Part shown: positions 22,701 through 30,652 of the stretch, in pieces
How the letters are laid out: every line of letters starts with the position of its first letter
Position numbering within the stretch: position 1 is the first letter of the stretch
Virus record (IMG/VR): IMGVR_UViG_3300042477_000769
Length of the DNA stretch: 64,000 bases
DNA from: a virus
Taxonomy: Duplodnaviria; Caudoviricetes
Direction: 5' to 3' (one strand)
Program-made: the position numbers and the translations under genes
Notes under the pieces: model-generated
Told to the model about the DNA's origin: nothing
The model's database searches: none
Seen by the model: the letters and a program-made list of their open reading frames with translations, nothing else

Positions 22701-23879
22701 GGTGCCGTTATTGAAGAGACCGTCAGTGTTAATAATACTGCAGTTAAATTAACTGGCCCAGCTAGTAAAATTCTTTATGTAAAATTACCCGGCAATGATG
22801 ATATTGATTATTTTGCGGGCGGAAAAATTGAAATTGACACTCAAAATGCTATTCAAGAAGAAAGCGTTAGTTCTTCCAATAGCAATGTCTTGGTTTCTAA
22901 GCCAATCTTACAGGTAATTAGTGTTAAAATTGTAGGAGATTTAACTAATACTGACTATTTTGCGAATGGCACCATTAGCTCTAATTTAAAAACTATTTTC
23001 TTGGGCAAATTATTGCCTAAAAGTAATTTACCAGTAGTAGTTACTTATCAAACCACTGAAAATAATAACATTAAACTTAATACTCAAGTTATTAGATTAA
23101 ATAGAAAATTACCTTATCAAAATACTAAGGTTACCGTGGCCTATGTACCTCAAGGTTTACAAGGAGATCGAATCTCTATTTTTAAAGATAAAGTCGGTTA
23201 TCTCAATTTCTCGATTACCGCTTCTGGTATGGACCATGTCGTACGAGCACCTACATTGTGGGCTAAAAATACTTGGCATCGAATAAAGGCCAGTTATAAA
23301 ATAAATGGCGGTGCGGGCCAAGATGAAATGAGATTATTTTTAGATGGCTATGAATATGTTAATTTGACATATGGTCAAAACATAATTTATGGAGACTTTC
23401 CATTAGTATATGGAATGGCTATTCCGGGAGGCATAAGAAATCGGGATGGGTATGAATCTTTAATAAATATTAAATTCAAAGATCCTATTAATGAATTATT
23501 TATTGGAACGCAGTATACTAGAACCAGCCCAGCTTTCTGCTTATTAGATAATTTTAGAATCAGTAATATTTCTAGACCTATCTATGCGCCTTTTGGAGAG
23601 CCACTAGATATTAATTACAGTACTAATTTAAGTACAGTCTTTCCTGTCACAGAAGATTTATTTACTACTTATTTAATGAATTTCAATAATTTAGTGTTCT
23701 TAAATGATGATTTTGCTGTGTTAAAAAATCGAAAAACTGGATTATTTGATTTTTCGATAAATATTTTAGATTCTCTGGGTATAGTAAATAGTAATATTAA
23801 AAGTAAAGAAGCATTAGAGGCTTTACTTAAAGTATTGAAACCCGCCAATAGTAGAGTGTTCATCAATTATACTAGGTAA
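16734..23879 (+). CDS. Giant baseplate wedge/fibre protein (gp7/gpI-like core with LamG/ConA-like domains), 2381 aa
   Basis: RERYRDALLAALSSFIQGATLTAIK resembles gpI-like cores. LamG-type motifs EGTFETWIIP...HHVAASWK...HLFLDG and EGTIEFWMNP...WHRIKASYK...RLFLDG...DNFRISN. C-terminal LKVLKPANSRVFI. TAATG overlap with the upstream gene. Confidence 0.6.
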   Translation: MENLRILNIKVIDSSNIEATFTDNLITNLIKENVVITSNTAKVPNSEVLEITIKGATLSITCQPLTPLADYFVEFKSVLPLYPFQSVNGTARVVEDGISNKYLITAPLGIDNPVKNYLNSYYNGNIYNHEDENSIVAKLINSYAVNFSKALYDIRQLKNENYLNVDIVDEPKVRGAGPVDRLTEEGAYQIVRVGRTPTGTFVSNTIPFDIFPRNPITLQRTVSVELLTANSINAKTFFNINDLILNLSNAPVTKVNSIVFTLNSVSAVYTYDIAKYGYQILDSRYDQEFGFTYLLLENNQIKLNDQILEDPLFELDKIIRVDVNYEYKNLGIVVNPDTVNVYSIQSAVREVIPPIINVFSLKHAPLVDGNNNIPTIGGIQFLDPNSNLNTPHPAFKFELPYRLEALPSTPGQYAIDYATGTVYVYGADLTNDGTGPFPPLANYKYRLTYQSEIDYVYDTDLLDLVALPTGSLLDFDGTINFEYEEVFIPGQDYEANLHLEELTERVGNNLIALNAFRTKKGPITNVFRILNETSGEIYTLNRWTEDKVYFRYNTPPRIVAQTGERVSFETIPNELLFVNTSLINSGSIKIFNIPLNNNNIISSSEDGLGSSINTSVSFSNQTIFVSEKWFNRGLSVSLNLENLNNVGEYMIDYTNGIVYCAVSTSQDFNIGTVTYKYKNIIPNFPHIITADDIYYQINPLSNKNKSFTVFSSGENSIIPETLDFSDETFLNNTDSSPYQLFSGQIGSFVGQNFVGGVTNQIKFIRGVYEFFDLQNSAHPFNFSGFAAHDGFNITLNPTVKQTLSSVQYDGTDYFVLINENIPYLSPSINYTFSIIRSSDSQELWDVMGTIVPGNPLKLVLSGLNSPQTNDQVTVNYTIEIKDLSRVIVDYNKGDYFIDYTYLADEIVVSYEYGDNVLDFRRSTNIPTNTEYYASYKVGALRDALLKNFGTLVNVAELSVFDVDFKRERYRDALLAALSSFIQGATLTAIKNIGKTISHIEPIVTESSFINWSLGNSLLSPQMIETTGDITLLPAKFGNGALLTHEGQTISVPVNSNIRLEEGTFETWIIPQWNGLDNDAVLTFNVLKDGYAMPANQIFIGAEEYHPTLVSGKFSVNKNILGTPNTNKDGVFIYYDKDLSGDFNRWYVQVIDGYVNSISSTYKITIQSTGSFYDSKSLVLPKSNNVSITTGTNSLTLNITGGSALDEGVTFISDVDHYVLDFGKEKNKSRVSLYKDISGYMVFKVYDRLGTAYMVSADVSAWRAGEAHHVAASWKLNNFNSRDEIHLFLDGFEVPNIIKYGQKLRPYLHEKFRAINTEEIIGLSNRDIISSVDLVTIAGSTQVTSSINFSSFNIFPGDIINIDEVGFAEAGYSIVSISGQSLTLNTSMPVSLNNGKFSINRTSFSVSSDIDLAPNIAVSTLSPMVINSDLQGSIGSNIVTSTSVNFVTAGVKPGFIIRIDNISLESTYHILQVSGNTLVLTDPMPVNFTNEDFQVYSTTEQEIPGVRAVRPSYSISKDLNFNNVLTISNNVLAKDLILVRTLGINHRKVKKQHYVWSNGEENILKTQLPAPVALDEVKITKIILPTTAIGPANSTLTLGQFVSNNLTAYPTTNDQTGRTISITISGNNTDFIAPAVVTINGVSGNATINENLSFTEYGTLDTVNLFQSINYITVTVTPIDSTKNALTLIAKEKYSITQVEASGSVPVIRFSYVIGSGYTLFNDTSYSVRDENFLFSSVDIGNYLLIQTPITVAGYYQITGLSTDRKTIHIQPAAQADPLPLANFTNGTYQVLNVNQSRSGLQNGFFTLENKELPGQPYFLSNGFYELEYSTYTKINLDPINSKAFIGSNFVGNLSANAILDQVKTYSVMLTDTRIGESIPANQRSITKDFNSLKPLTADSNTLMLINFDSVPFENEAKFYISSTPSKDHFQSSVVINENFGNSIAFLNKPLVLDNEGILNTKREGTIEFWMNPLFDTSNDPNMRYYFDAFGAVIEETVSVNNTAVKLTGPASKILYVKLPGNDDIDYFAGGKIEIDTQNAIQEESVSSSNSNVLVSKPILQVISVKIVGDLTNTDYFANGTISSNLKTIFLGKLLPKSNLPVVVTYQTTENNNIKLNTQVIRLNRKLPYQNTKVTVAYVPQGLQGDRISIFKDKVGYLNFSITASGMDHVVRAPTLWAKNTWHRIKASYKINGGAGQDEMRLFLDGYEYVNLTYGQNIIYGDFPLVYGMAIPGGIRNRDGYESLINIKFKDPINELFIGTQYTRTSPAFCLLDNFRISNISRPIYAPFGEPLDINYSTNLSTVFPVTEDLFTTYLMNFNNLVFLNDDFAVLKNRKTGLFDFSINILDSLGIVNSNIKSKEALEALLKVLKPANSRVFINYTR

Positions 23880-24000
23880 TAGCTCAATAATTCAATATAA
23901 ATGTATGACAGGTAGAAATTTTAATTCCAGCTGGGCCTTGATTAATTATGGGGCACTATCAGCCACAAACCATATTGTAGATAATAATGGGAGATAAATC

Positions 24001-27000
24001 ATGACTAAAAGAAGCCCAGTGTCTGCTGAAAAAAATATTTGGTTTGATGCTCAACAAGTAGATGATACCGACTTAACTGTTGAACAAGACTATAATGATA
24101 CTATTGATTCAGCCATTATCAACAATCATATTGGTACCGGAGTACTTCCTGAAGTATTAGTACAAAATGTTATTTTTGATTCCTCATTAGCTACTGGTTT
24201 ATTAGATGGCGCAGTGATTTCAGTTCAGAATCAACCGAGTGATAATAATTTAGGAAATCAATTAGAAATTTCTTTAACTGGGTCACAAGTTGGTGGCCGC
24301 AAAGCAGTTAAAGTTGCTATCATTGGATTAGATTTTCAAAGTAATCTACAATTTGAAACGTTTTATTTTAGAGCTAATGAAATTCAAGTTAGCAGAAAAC
24401 ATTTTACCCAAATTTTAGTTTTACTATTTAATGATTTAAAAGGAAATCCTAATTTTTCTATGAATCTAGGAGGTCGGTTAGTTATTAAAGAGGCTAAACC
24501 TATGACCCTGTCTCGTTCTGCTATGATGGTAGCGCAAGATATTCAGCCCAATTTATTTTTTAGAGATTTTTTTACTGGAAATGGCACCGATTCATTAAAT
24601 AGCTTATTACAAAACGCATTACCATTTTATAATATTGATTCATTAGGAATTTATACGGCGGGTATTGATAAAAAAGTATTATTAAATAGTGACGTAACTA
24701 CTCAAATTGGAGAAAAGTTTCTAGCTACTACCAATAATATTCAAAAAGTTTCTTTGTTATTATCGGTTAGAAACTTAGAAGTAGGTAGTGAAAATGATTT
24801 GGTGTGGAATGGAGACTTAGTAGTTAGCATTTATCCTTTACAATCTGATTTAGATTGTCCTACTGATATCGCTCCTAGTTTAGCTATTGATTTTGCTCCC
24901 TCTAATATTCCATTAGCACAAGTGAGTGTCAATTATACTACTTTAGCTGAGCAAGGAGTAGTATTAGATTCTGTTCCTCAGCCAGTAGATTTTGTATTTA
25001 GCAATAGTCCAATTGCTACCGGCAATGTGTTAAAGCCTAATACTTATTATGCGGTAGCGATTAAAAGAAGTGGCTCAGCGAATAAGTGTGATATTTTAAT
25101 TGAAACGGGCTCTAATTTAATTGCTAATAGCAGAATAACTACTTTTACCGGAACTTTATGGGTAGATATTCCAGAAGAACAATTATGGTTTAGAGTATGG
25201 AATGATGCTGCTAAAGTATCTGATGGTCAAGGTTATGAATCAGGCCATGGAATTATTATTCCTAAAATTATAGAAGATCAAACTAGTCAAACAAATATTG
25301 ATTATTCTAAAGAAAATATTCAGTTTGTTGGCAATGATGTTTATCGGGCAGTAGTTTCAGCAGTTACAGAAGAAAGTACTCCATTACCAGATCAAAGAAC
25401 AGGCAACTCAGTATTAACTAGACAGCAATTTGTTCCAGAAGTTACTTTATTTAATACCCTAGATATTGCTAATTTAGAAGTGACCGCTGAACCATTAATT
25501 ATTGGATCTATTTCGGATAAAAATAAAAAATTCTTTGATTCTATTTCATCGTTAATTTCTTCTAAATTATATAGTGCTACTTTTGCCAAAGATGAATTAT
25601 TAATTAGAATAGTAGATGATCCTACCGACACTACTCGATATGATACTTCGGTCATTGATTTACAAAGCAAATTGCTAAATGGTGATTTTATTGGCGCTAA
25701 ATTAATTCCTAATGCCAATAATTCTACTTTATTTTATCGAGTAGCTGATGCCAAACTATGTACCTATATCTTAGGAGATGTTGATGGTAATGGCGTTATT
25801 GATAATAATGATTTAGAGTTATTAAATACTTATGTAGGCACTGATTTAACACAAGGATTACCCTTACAATCTATAGTCACTACTAATGGAACCACCACCA
25901 CTTTCACTAATGGCTATTTAACTGAGATTCAAGCATTTACTAATTTATTTGGAGTGACATTTCAGTTAGTAGACGCTACGACTAATGTCGTGGTAGCTAG
26001 TGGAACAGATGGCGTATTAATTGCTAACCCTAACGATGCTAGGTTGGCTCAATTTACTAGCGCGAGCGTTTCTTTTAATAGTGTAGTTGGTATTAGTTCT
26101 TATAAATTAGTAGTCTTGATGCCAGGAATTGACTCTGATTATGGTGGATTTGATATTTCTAGTATTGATGTGCTTACAGATGTTATTACGATTAGAAAAA
26201 TTATTAGATCAGGCGATGTGCTAGGGCAAATGTTACGTGCAGATGTGGATGGAGATTTCCATATCACTAACATTGATGGATATTTATTACAAAGTTATAT
26301 TGATAAGGTTCCTTTAAGTACTTCTCCAGTTTCTTCATATCCAGCACCGGCCACGAATCCATATATTAAAATTGGAACCACATTTAACGTATTACGATTC
26401 AGATTAGAACAATTTATTGATCGAACAGATGATTATAGTACTTTAATTTCTGGTCGACCCACTGTGGTTCATCCTGCTCCTGATATCTTTTTAAATGATG
26501 GATATTTAGCATTACATAATTTTTCACTATTACCTATTCCAATTACTTTTCAAAAACAATTGGTGTGGGATGAATCATTAATTGTGTTTAATAGCCACCC
26601 TAAAATGGTGCCCAGTGTCTTTACTTCTAATACTGGTTTTATTAAAAATGAATGTGAAATTAATGGAATTAATTGCAGCGTATATGGATCTAAACCAGAT
26701 TTTGATCCAGGCAAAGTAGATTACTTTGTGCCAAATAACTTAATTATTGGTGAAGGTGGAGAAGTTTTTCGTCCAGATGGAAATTTCTATAAAGTAGATT
26801 TTGAAGTAGGTACTTTAATTTTAGAAATCCCTGATGGTTTATTTGGAGCGGAACGTACCATCAATATTTTTGATGATTTCATTTCAGATTATAATGGGGG
26901 CGTTACTCGTTTAGGCTTTCCTGCCATGAAATTTGCTGACTGTTCCTATGTTAAAGCAGACGCTTTAGTTAAGGATCAAATTAGATTTTCAGTCTCGGTT

Positions 27001-27564
27001 CAATCATTCTCACCTAATACTAATGGTTTAACTGATGATGGCTATGCTGGCGTTATTGTGGATGGTAAAATGGGAGTAGCTATTGATTATACTACTGGAT
27101 TATTAACTTTAAATTTCACTAACTTATATCAAGATGAAGTCTTACCAACCTTAAGTACTAAAATTCAAGTCCATGTCTTTCTGAAAAAAGGCGGATTTAA
27201 TAATAAAACTATCTTTGTTGATTCTACTAAAGTACAAAATATATTAAAACTAATTAGCGTGTTCAGTGGCGCCAATGATGGCGGACCATCAGCATTAGTT
27301 AATATGGAAACTGATATTACCGGAGTATTACCCATTATTCATGGTGGTATTGGATTAAATGCTATTGGAGCCAGTGGAACCGTGTTAACTAGTAATGGTT
27401 CTGGTTTAAGTTATCAATTCGTGACGGCCAGTAATACTGTTTATACGCCCACTACACCTGCACACTGGGCGGGATCGCCTCCTACTACCGTTCAAGCGGC
27501 TATTGATCGTATTGCTAAGGCGTATGCCACCGCCGCTCCGCTTGGCAGCCCAATTCCAGTTTAA
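24001..27564 (+). CDS. Virion structural / tail-fibre-like protein with dockerin-like Ca-binding repeats
   Basis: Two EF-loop/dockerin-like motifs (GDVDGNGVIDNNDLELLNTYVG; ADVDGDFHITNIDGYLLQSYID). C-terminal fibre-type motif TGVLPIIHGGIG..GTVLTSNGSGLSY. SD GGGAG. Confidence 0.55.
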   Translation: MTKRSPVSAEKNIWFDAQQVDDTDLTVEQDYNDTIDSAIINNHIGTGVLPEVLVQNVIFDSSLATGLLDGAVISVQNQPSDNNLGNQLEISLTGSQVGGRKAVKVAIIGLDFQSNLQFETFYFRANEIQVSRKHFTQILVLLFNDLKGNPNFSMNLGGRLVIKEAKPMTLSRSAMMVAQDIQPNLFFRDFFTGNGTDSLNSLLQNALPFYNIDSLGIYTAGIDKKVLLNSDVTTQIGEKFLATTNNIQKVSLLLSVRNLEVGSENDLVWNGDLVVSIYPLQSDLDCPTDIAPSLAIDFAPSNIPLAQVSVNYTTLAEQGVVLDSVPQPVDFVFSNSPIATGNVLKPNTYYAVAIKRSGSANKCDILIETGSNLIANSRITTFTGTLWVDIPEEQLWFRVWNDAAKVSDGQGYESGHGIIIPKIIEDQTSQTNIDYSKENIQFVGNDVYRAVVSAVTEESTPLPDQRTGNSVLTRQQFVPEVTLFNTLDIANLEVTAEPLIIGSISDKNKKFFDSISSLISSKLYSATFAKDELLIRIVDDPTDTTRYDTSVIDLQSKLLNGDFIGAKLIPNANNSTLFYRVADAKLCTYILGDVDGNGVIDNNDLELLNTYVGTDLTQGLPLQSIVTTNGTTTTFTNGYLTEIQAFTNLFGVTFQLVDATTNVVVASGTDGVLIANPNDARLAQFTSASVSFNSVVGISSYKLVVLMPGIDSDYGGFDISSIDVLTDVITIRKIIRSGDVLGQMLRADVDGDFHITNIDGYLLQSYIDKVPLSTSPVSSYPAPATNPYIKIGTTFNVLRFRLEQFIDRTDDYSTLISGRPTVVHPAPDIFLNDGYLALHNFSLLPIPITFQKQLVWDESLIVFNSHPKMVPSVFTSNTGFIKNECEINGINCSVYGSKPDFDPGKVDYFVPNNLIIGEGGEVFRPDGNFYKVDFEVGTLILEIPDGLFGAERTINIFDDFISDYNGGVTRLGFPAMKFADCSYVKADALVKDQIRFSVSVQSFSPNTNGLTDDGYAGVIVDGKMGVAIDYTTGLLTLNFTNLYQDEVLPTLSTKIQVHVFLKKGGFNNKTIFVDSTKVQNILKLISVFSGANDGGPSALVNMETDITGVLPIIHGGIGLNAIGASGTVLTSNGSGLSYQFVTASNTVYTPTTPAHWAGSPPTTVQAAIDRIAKAYATAAPLGSPIPV

Positions 27565-27572
27565 TTAACCTC

Positions 27573-27600
27573 TTGACAGCATTTTTAAAAAATGTATAAT
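27573..27600 (+). promoter_or_regulatory. Consensus sigma70-type promoter TTGACA-N16-TATAAT
   Basis: TTGACA at 27573-27578 and TATAAT at 27595-27600, in the gap after the structural operon. An ATG lies 6 nt downstream. Confidence 0.85.
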
Positions 27601-27606
27601 GGCGGT

Positions 27607-28302
27607 ATGTCATTCAAAAAAATATTTAAATTACCTTCGCCCGTTGAATTAGGTAAAGCAAAATATAATGCTTTACCTATTCGAAGCTTCGATCCTGATT
27701 GCACCGAATATACCTGGGAAGATTGGAACGAAGAAGTTAAAAGTCTTTATCCTATTAGATACTTTATTTTTCATACGAGTCGAGATTTTATATTATCTAA
27801 ATTTATTGGTCCAATTAAAAGAGGATTTTATTGGTTGAAATGCCATCTGCTGCCTAAACATAAACATCATCTATTAGATTTACGTCAGCCGGTAAATGAG
27901 TATTATATTGATCATTATCGATATGGGTTTATCGATACTTCACATAAAATGTTGTATGCTCTATTTAATTTATTAAAAGAGCATTTAGATCAAAAGCCAT
28001 ATGATGTATCTCTTGATTTTTCTTTAGAAGAAATCGCTAATGATCCTGCGATGCAAGTTCAATTTGATACTTTACAAGAAGCGAAAGCATTAATGTATTG
28101 GTGGGAAGTCACACGTAAGGAAAATTATCAAACATATCACAATATGTTAAAAACTTGGAGTTTCCTACGACAACAAGGAAAGAATAAACAAGACGCTGAT
28201 TTTTATTTGAATCAAATTCAAATCTTTGAAGACGGTTTACAGAAAACGACTGATGAAATGACGTTTCGTCTATTAAGAATTAGAAAAAATTTGTGGGATT
28301 GA
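27607..28302 (+). CDS. Hypothetical phage protein, probably leaderless
   Basis: The ORF-track start at 27592 lies inside the promoter. ATG at 27607 coincides with the expected +1 and has no SD. Confidence 0.7.
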   Translation: MSFKKIFKLPSPVELGKAKYNALPIRSFDPDCTEYTWEDWNEEVKSLYPIRYFIFHTSRDFILSKFIGPIKRGFYWLKCHLLPKHKHHLLDLRQPVNEYYIDHYRYGFIDTSHKMLYALFNLLKEHLDQKPYDVSLDFSLEEIANDPAMQVQFDTLQEAKALMYWWEVTRKENYQTYHNMLKTWSFLRQQGKNKQDADFYLNQIQIFEDGLQKTTDEMTFRLLRIRKNLWD

Positions 28303-28349
28303 AAATAATTAAAAATTATCGATTCCATTATTTTAAAAAATAATGGCGG

Positions 28350-28377
28350 TTGACAATCATTTATAAAATTCTACCAT
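28350..28377 (+). promoter_or_regulatory. Early-type promoter TTGACA-N16-TACCAT with upstream TTTAAAAAATAATGG element
   Basis: TTGACA at 28350-28355 and TACCAT at 28372-28377. The upstream sequence resembles that of the promoter at 48789. Confidence 0.65.
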
Positions 28378-28393
28378 AGTAGATGGAGAAAAC

Positions 28394-28573
28394 ATGAGCA
28401 CATTAAATGGCCCTAGTGAGGGCACATGGTCAGTCTTTGCTTTAAAAGTAGTAGAAGAAAGAGATCGGGCACAACAACAATTACAAGAGGCGAAACAAGA
28501 AATTATTCGTCTGAAAAAGATTATTCAACAATTAGAGCAATCATTAACAGCAGTTTATGGAAAAAATTATTAA
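28394..28573 (+). CDS. Small coiled-coil protein (59 aa, not in ORF track)
   Basis: SD GGAG at 28385-28388. Translates as MSTLNGPSEGTWSVFALKVVEERDRAQQQLQEAKQEIIRLKKIIQQLEQSLTAVYGKNY. Confidence 0.7.
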   Translation: MSTLNGPSEGTWSVFALKVVEERDRAQQQLQEAKQEIIRLKKIIQQLEQSLTAVYGKNY

Positions 28574-28778
28574 AAATAATCTTCGTTCGCTAGAAGAATT
28601 TCAACGAGCAGAAGTTATTCTTAAAAGATGTAGAAATTGTTTAGAATCTATTGATATTGCTCTTAGAGCAGCATCTCAAGATGCCACGCCAATTGGTGAT
28701 AACAATAATTGGGGCTCTTTAGGAGATACTGAAGATAAGTTACATCAACTGTTGATAGAAAATGGAGATAAATCATGA
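28557..28778 (+). CDS. Hypothetical protein (73 aa)
   Basis: Overlaps neighbours in a tightly packed early-type cluster. Confidence 0.6.
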   Translation: MEKIIKNNLRSLEEFQRAEVILKRCRNCLESIDIALRAASQDATPIGDNNNWGSLGDTEDKLHQLLIENGDKS

Positions 28779-28954
28779 CATACGAAGATTTTCAAAAAAC
28801 AAAATGGCTTTCTATTTATGGCGCTTCAGTAGCCCTACAATGTCATCAACAAATTTTAGATGGAAAAGGCAGTGATTTTACAGATAGCATGGAAAATATT
28901 AAAGAAGAAGCCGCCGCTATTGCTGATTGGGCGATGGAAGGCGAACAGCTATGA
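28775..28954 (+). CDS. Hypothetical protein (59 aa, not in ORF track)
   Basis: SD GGAG upstream and ATGA overlaps at both ends. Translates as MTYEDFQKTKWLSIYGASVALQCHQQILDGKGSDFTDSMENIKEEAAAIADWAMEGEQL. Confidence 0.7.
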   Translation: MTYEDFQKTKWLSIYGASVALQCHQQILDGKGSDFTDSMENIKEEAAAIADWAMEGEQL

Positions 28955-29205
28955 GCCTTCTGAGAGCTAATGAGTTATTACATCAAGCTTCTGCTCTGCT
29001 AGCTGAGGCTGACTTACGTTTAAAATTAATGCGCGATCATTTGGCAATAAGTCAAGGTTATCTTCCTTATAATCAAAATAATCTATATAAAGATATTAAT
29101 GCTTCGAAAGCGGAATGTCGTACAGTTCAAGATAAGATTTTTGATGTAAAAGAAGAAATAGACAGTTATTTATCTTCTTTTTCGAAAGATCGGTATGGTT
29201 TATAA
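28951..29205 (+). CDS. Hypothetical protein (84 aa)
   Basis: ATGA overlap with the 28775-28954 ORF supports a start at 28951 rather than 28927. Confidence 0.65.
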   Translation: MSLLRANELLHQASALLAEADLRLKLMRDHLAISQGYLPYNQNNLYKDINASKAECRTVQDKIFDVKEEIDSYLSSFSKDRYGL

Positions 29206-29434
29206 TTGTAAGAATAGAGATTTTGATTTTGAAGAATGGATTTGTGTTTGTCCTCAGGATAGCCAATTAGCCTTAGTTTACATTAGTAAACTAAATAATA
29301 GTTGGGCGATAGAATCTATAAACCTTCTAAAAAAGAAAGCAAATCTTCTGTCAGAAGATCAGGCAATTTTAGAAATCAAAAAAATTGAAAATGAAATAAA
29401 CCACACATATGCTATGTGGAGAAATTGCTTATGA
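29195..29434 (+). CDS. Hypothetical protein (79 aa)
   Basis: Overlapping ORF in the cluster. Confidence 0.6.
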   Translation: MVYNCKNRDFDFEEWICVCPQDSQLALVYISKLNNSWAIESINLLKKKANLLSEDQAILEIKKIENEINHTYAMWRNCL

Positions 29435-29754
29435 ATAACCATGTTGGTTGGGGGCGTAATGGAAGATGTGTCTGGTGTTATTCGGATAATAGCTCAACCT
29501 CATGTAGAGATTTAACTTCAGAAGAATTACGTCAAATAATTGATCAGTTAGAACAGCAGGTTCAAACTTTAGACGAAGAATCTTATTTTTGGCAAAACAA
29601 ATATCATCAAGATATAGTGGTAGCTAATTCTTTTAGTCGCCAACAAGGTGCGCAAGAAATGAAATCTCAAATTAAAGAACGACTTTCACAATTAACACAT
29701 GATAGCGATTTAATTATTCAAATAGAGTCCATAGAATATCAAGAACAAAAATAG
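29431..29754 (+). CDS. Hypothetical coiled-coil protein with N-terminal CxxC-type motif
   Basis: ATGA overlap at 29431. GRCVWC...C motif followed by heptad-like LRQIIDQLEQQVQTL. Confidence 0.6.
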   Translation: MNNHVGWGRNGRCVWCYSDNSSTSCRDLTSEELRQIIDQLEQQVQTLDEESYFWQNKYHQDIVVANSFSRQQGAQEMKSQIKERLSQLTHDSDLIIQIESIEYQEQK

Positions 29755-29760
29755 GCAAAT

Positions 29761-29862
29761 ATGTTTTCATATGACGAAATTAAAGAATTTAGGGCTTTAT
29801 ATGATTGGTTGAATAATATTCCAGGCGTTTATCCTGGAATTTTTGTACCAGATATTTTATGA
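29761..29862 (+). CDS. Possible small ORF (33 aa, MFSYDEIKEFRALYDWLNNIPGVYPGIFVPDIL)
   Basis: Fills the gap after 29754 but has only a weak SD (AGG). Too short to be sure. Confidence 0.35.
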   Translation: MFSYDEIKEFRALYDWLNNIPGVYPGIFVPDIL

Positions 29863-29878
29863 TCTTGTGACAAGAAAA

Positions 29879-29899
29879 CCGCCACGCTTGTCGTGGCGG
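29879..29899. terminator. GC-rich hairpin CCGCCACG-CTTGT-CGTGGCGG, terminator-like on the minus strand
   Basis: Perfect 8-bp stem. An A-tract precedes it on +, so a U-tract follows it on -. No U-tract on +. Confidence 0.45.
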
Positions 29900-29922
29900 A
29901 TGAATTGGTAAAAGGATAATCT

Positions 29923-30426
29923 ATGTTTAAAAAATTTGAAGTTAAAGATAAAGATGAATTAGTTAATTCCGGGTTTTCTGAGTACGATGATTCATGGTAT
30001 GAATATACTTTTTTTTTAGTCGCTCTAGATGACCAAGGAAAAATTTTAGAAGTTTTAGGACAAGATGGCGGAGAGCCAGAAGACCAAACTTTAAATCGTG
30101 ATTGGTCTTGGGTGCCAACGTTATTAAACAAAGAACATGACTTTTATCAAAATCAATTGGCGCTTTTACAAGAAAAAAATATGCAACTATCTGCCGCTTT
30201 AGAGGCGGCTAATGATAAAAGTTCTCAATTAACAAAACCCAAAGATTTCTTATCAGCTCTCAAAGAAATAGAGAGAAAAGATAGATATAACGCTATCTAT
30301 CATCAAGAGTGGGAAAATGCACTATTATCTGGAATGTCAAGAGAAGAAGCTCACCAACATGCACGCCAAGCTTGCGTTGAAGCCGGCGTCATGCCAAACA
30401 ATACGGAATCTTCAAATGGAAAGTGA
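29923..30426 (+). CDS. Hypothetical protein (167 aa)
   Basis: SD-like AAGGA. Acidic N-terminal domain plus a coiled coil. Confidence 0.7.
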   Translation: MFKKFEVKDKDELVNSGFSEYDDSWYEYTFFLVALDDQGKILEVLGQDGGEPEDQTLNRDWSWVPTLLNKEHDFYQNQLALLQEKNMQLSAALEAANDKSSQLTKPKDFLSALKEIERKDRYNAIYHQEWENALLSGMSREEAHQHARQACVEAGVMPNNTESSNGK

Positions 30427-30652
30427 AAAAATAAAAGATATATCTGGTTTACTAGAAGATATTCTGGATTCCAGTAAAGAGGAAGACGCTCATTTTAGGT
30501 GCTACACCTACATTAATAAATATCTTTCTAGCCAAGATCTTAGAAATTGCGCTACTGATATTGATCAAATGGATGCTTTAATCTCTGTATTAAGAGAAAA
30601 AATAAGCAAAATTTTATTAGAAATTGCCGAGGATTATGACAAAACAAAATAA
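30416..30652 (+). CDS. Hypothetical protein (78 aa)
   Basis: Start at 30416 gives the short overlap typical of this cluster. The ORF-track extension from 30317 lies inside the previous gene. Confidence 0.55.
   Translation: MESEKIKDISGLLEDILDSSKEEDAHFRCYTYINKYLSSQDLRNCATDIDQMDALISVLREKISKILLEIAEDYDKTK

Noticed and set aside
23905-23997. 30-aa ORF (MTGRNFNSSWALINYGALSATNHIVDNNGR) or small RNA in the 120-bp gap
   Set aside because: No SD, no recognisable motif and no convincing stable fold beyond a CCAGCTGG palindrome.
2-27564. Bacterial extracellular contractile injection system or T6SS locus
   Set aside because: It is contiguous with phage replication, RNR, lysin and early genes, and no host housekeeping context is present.
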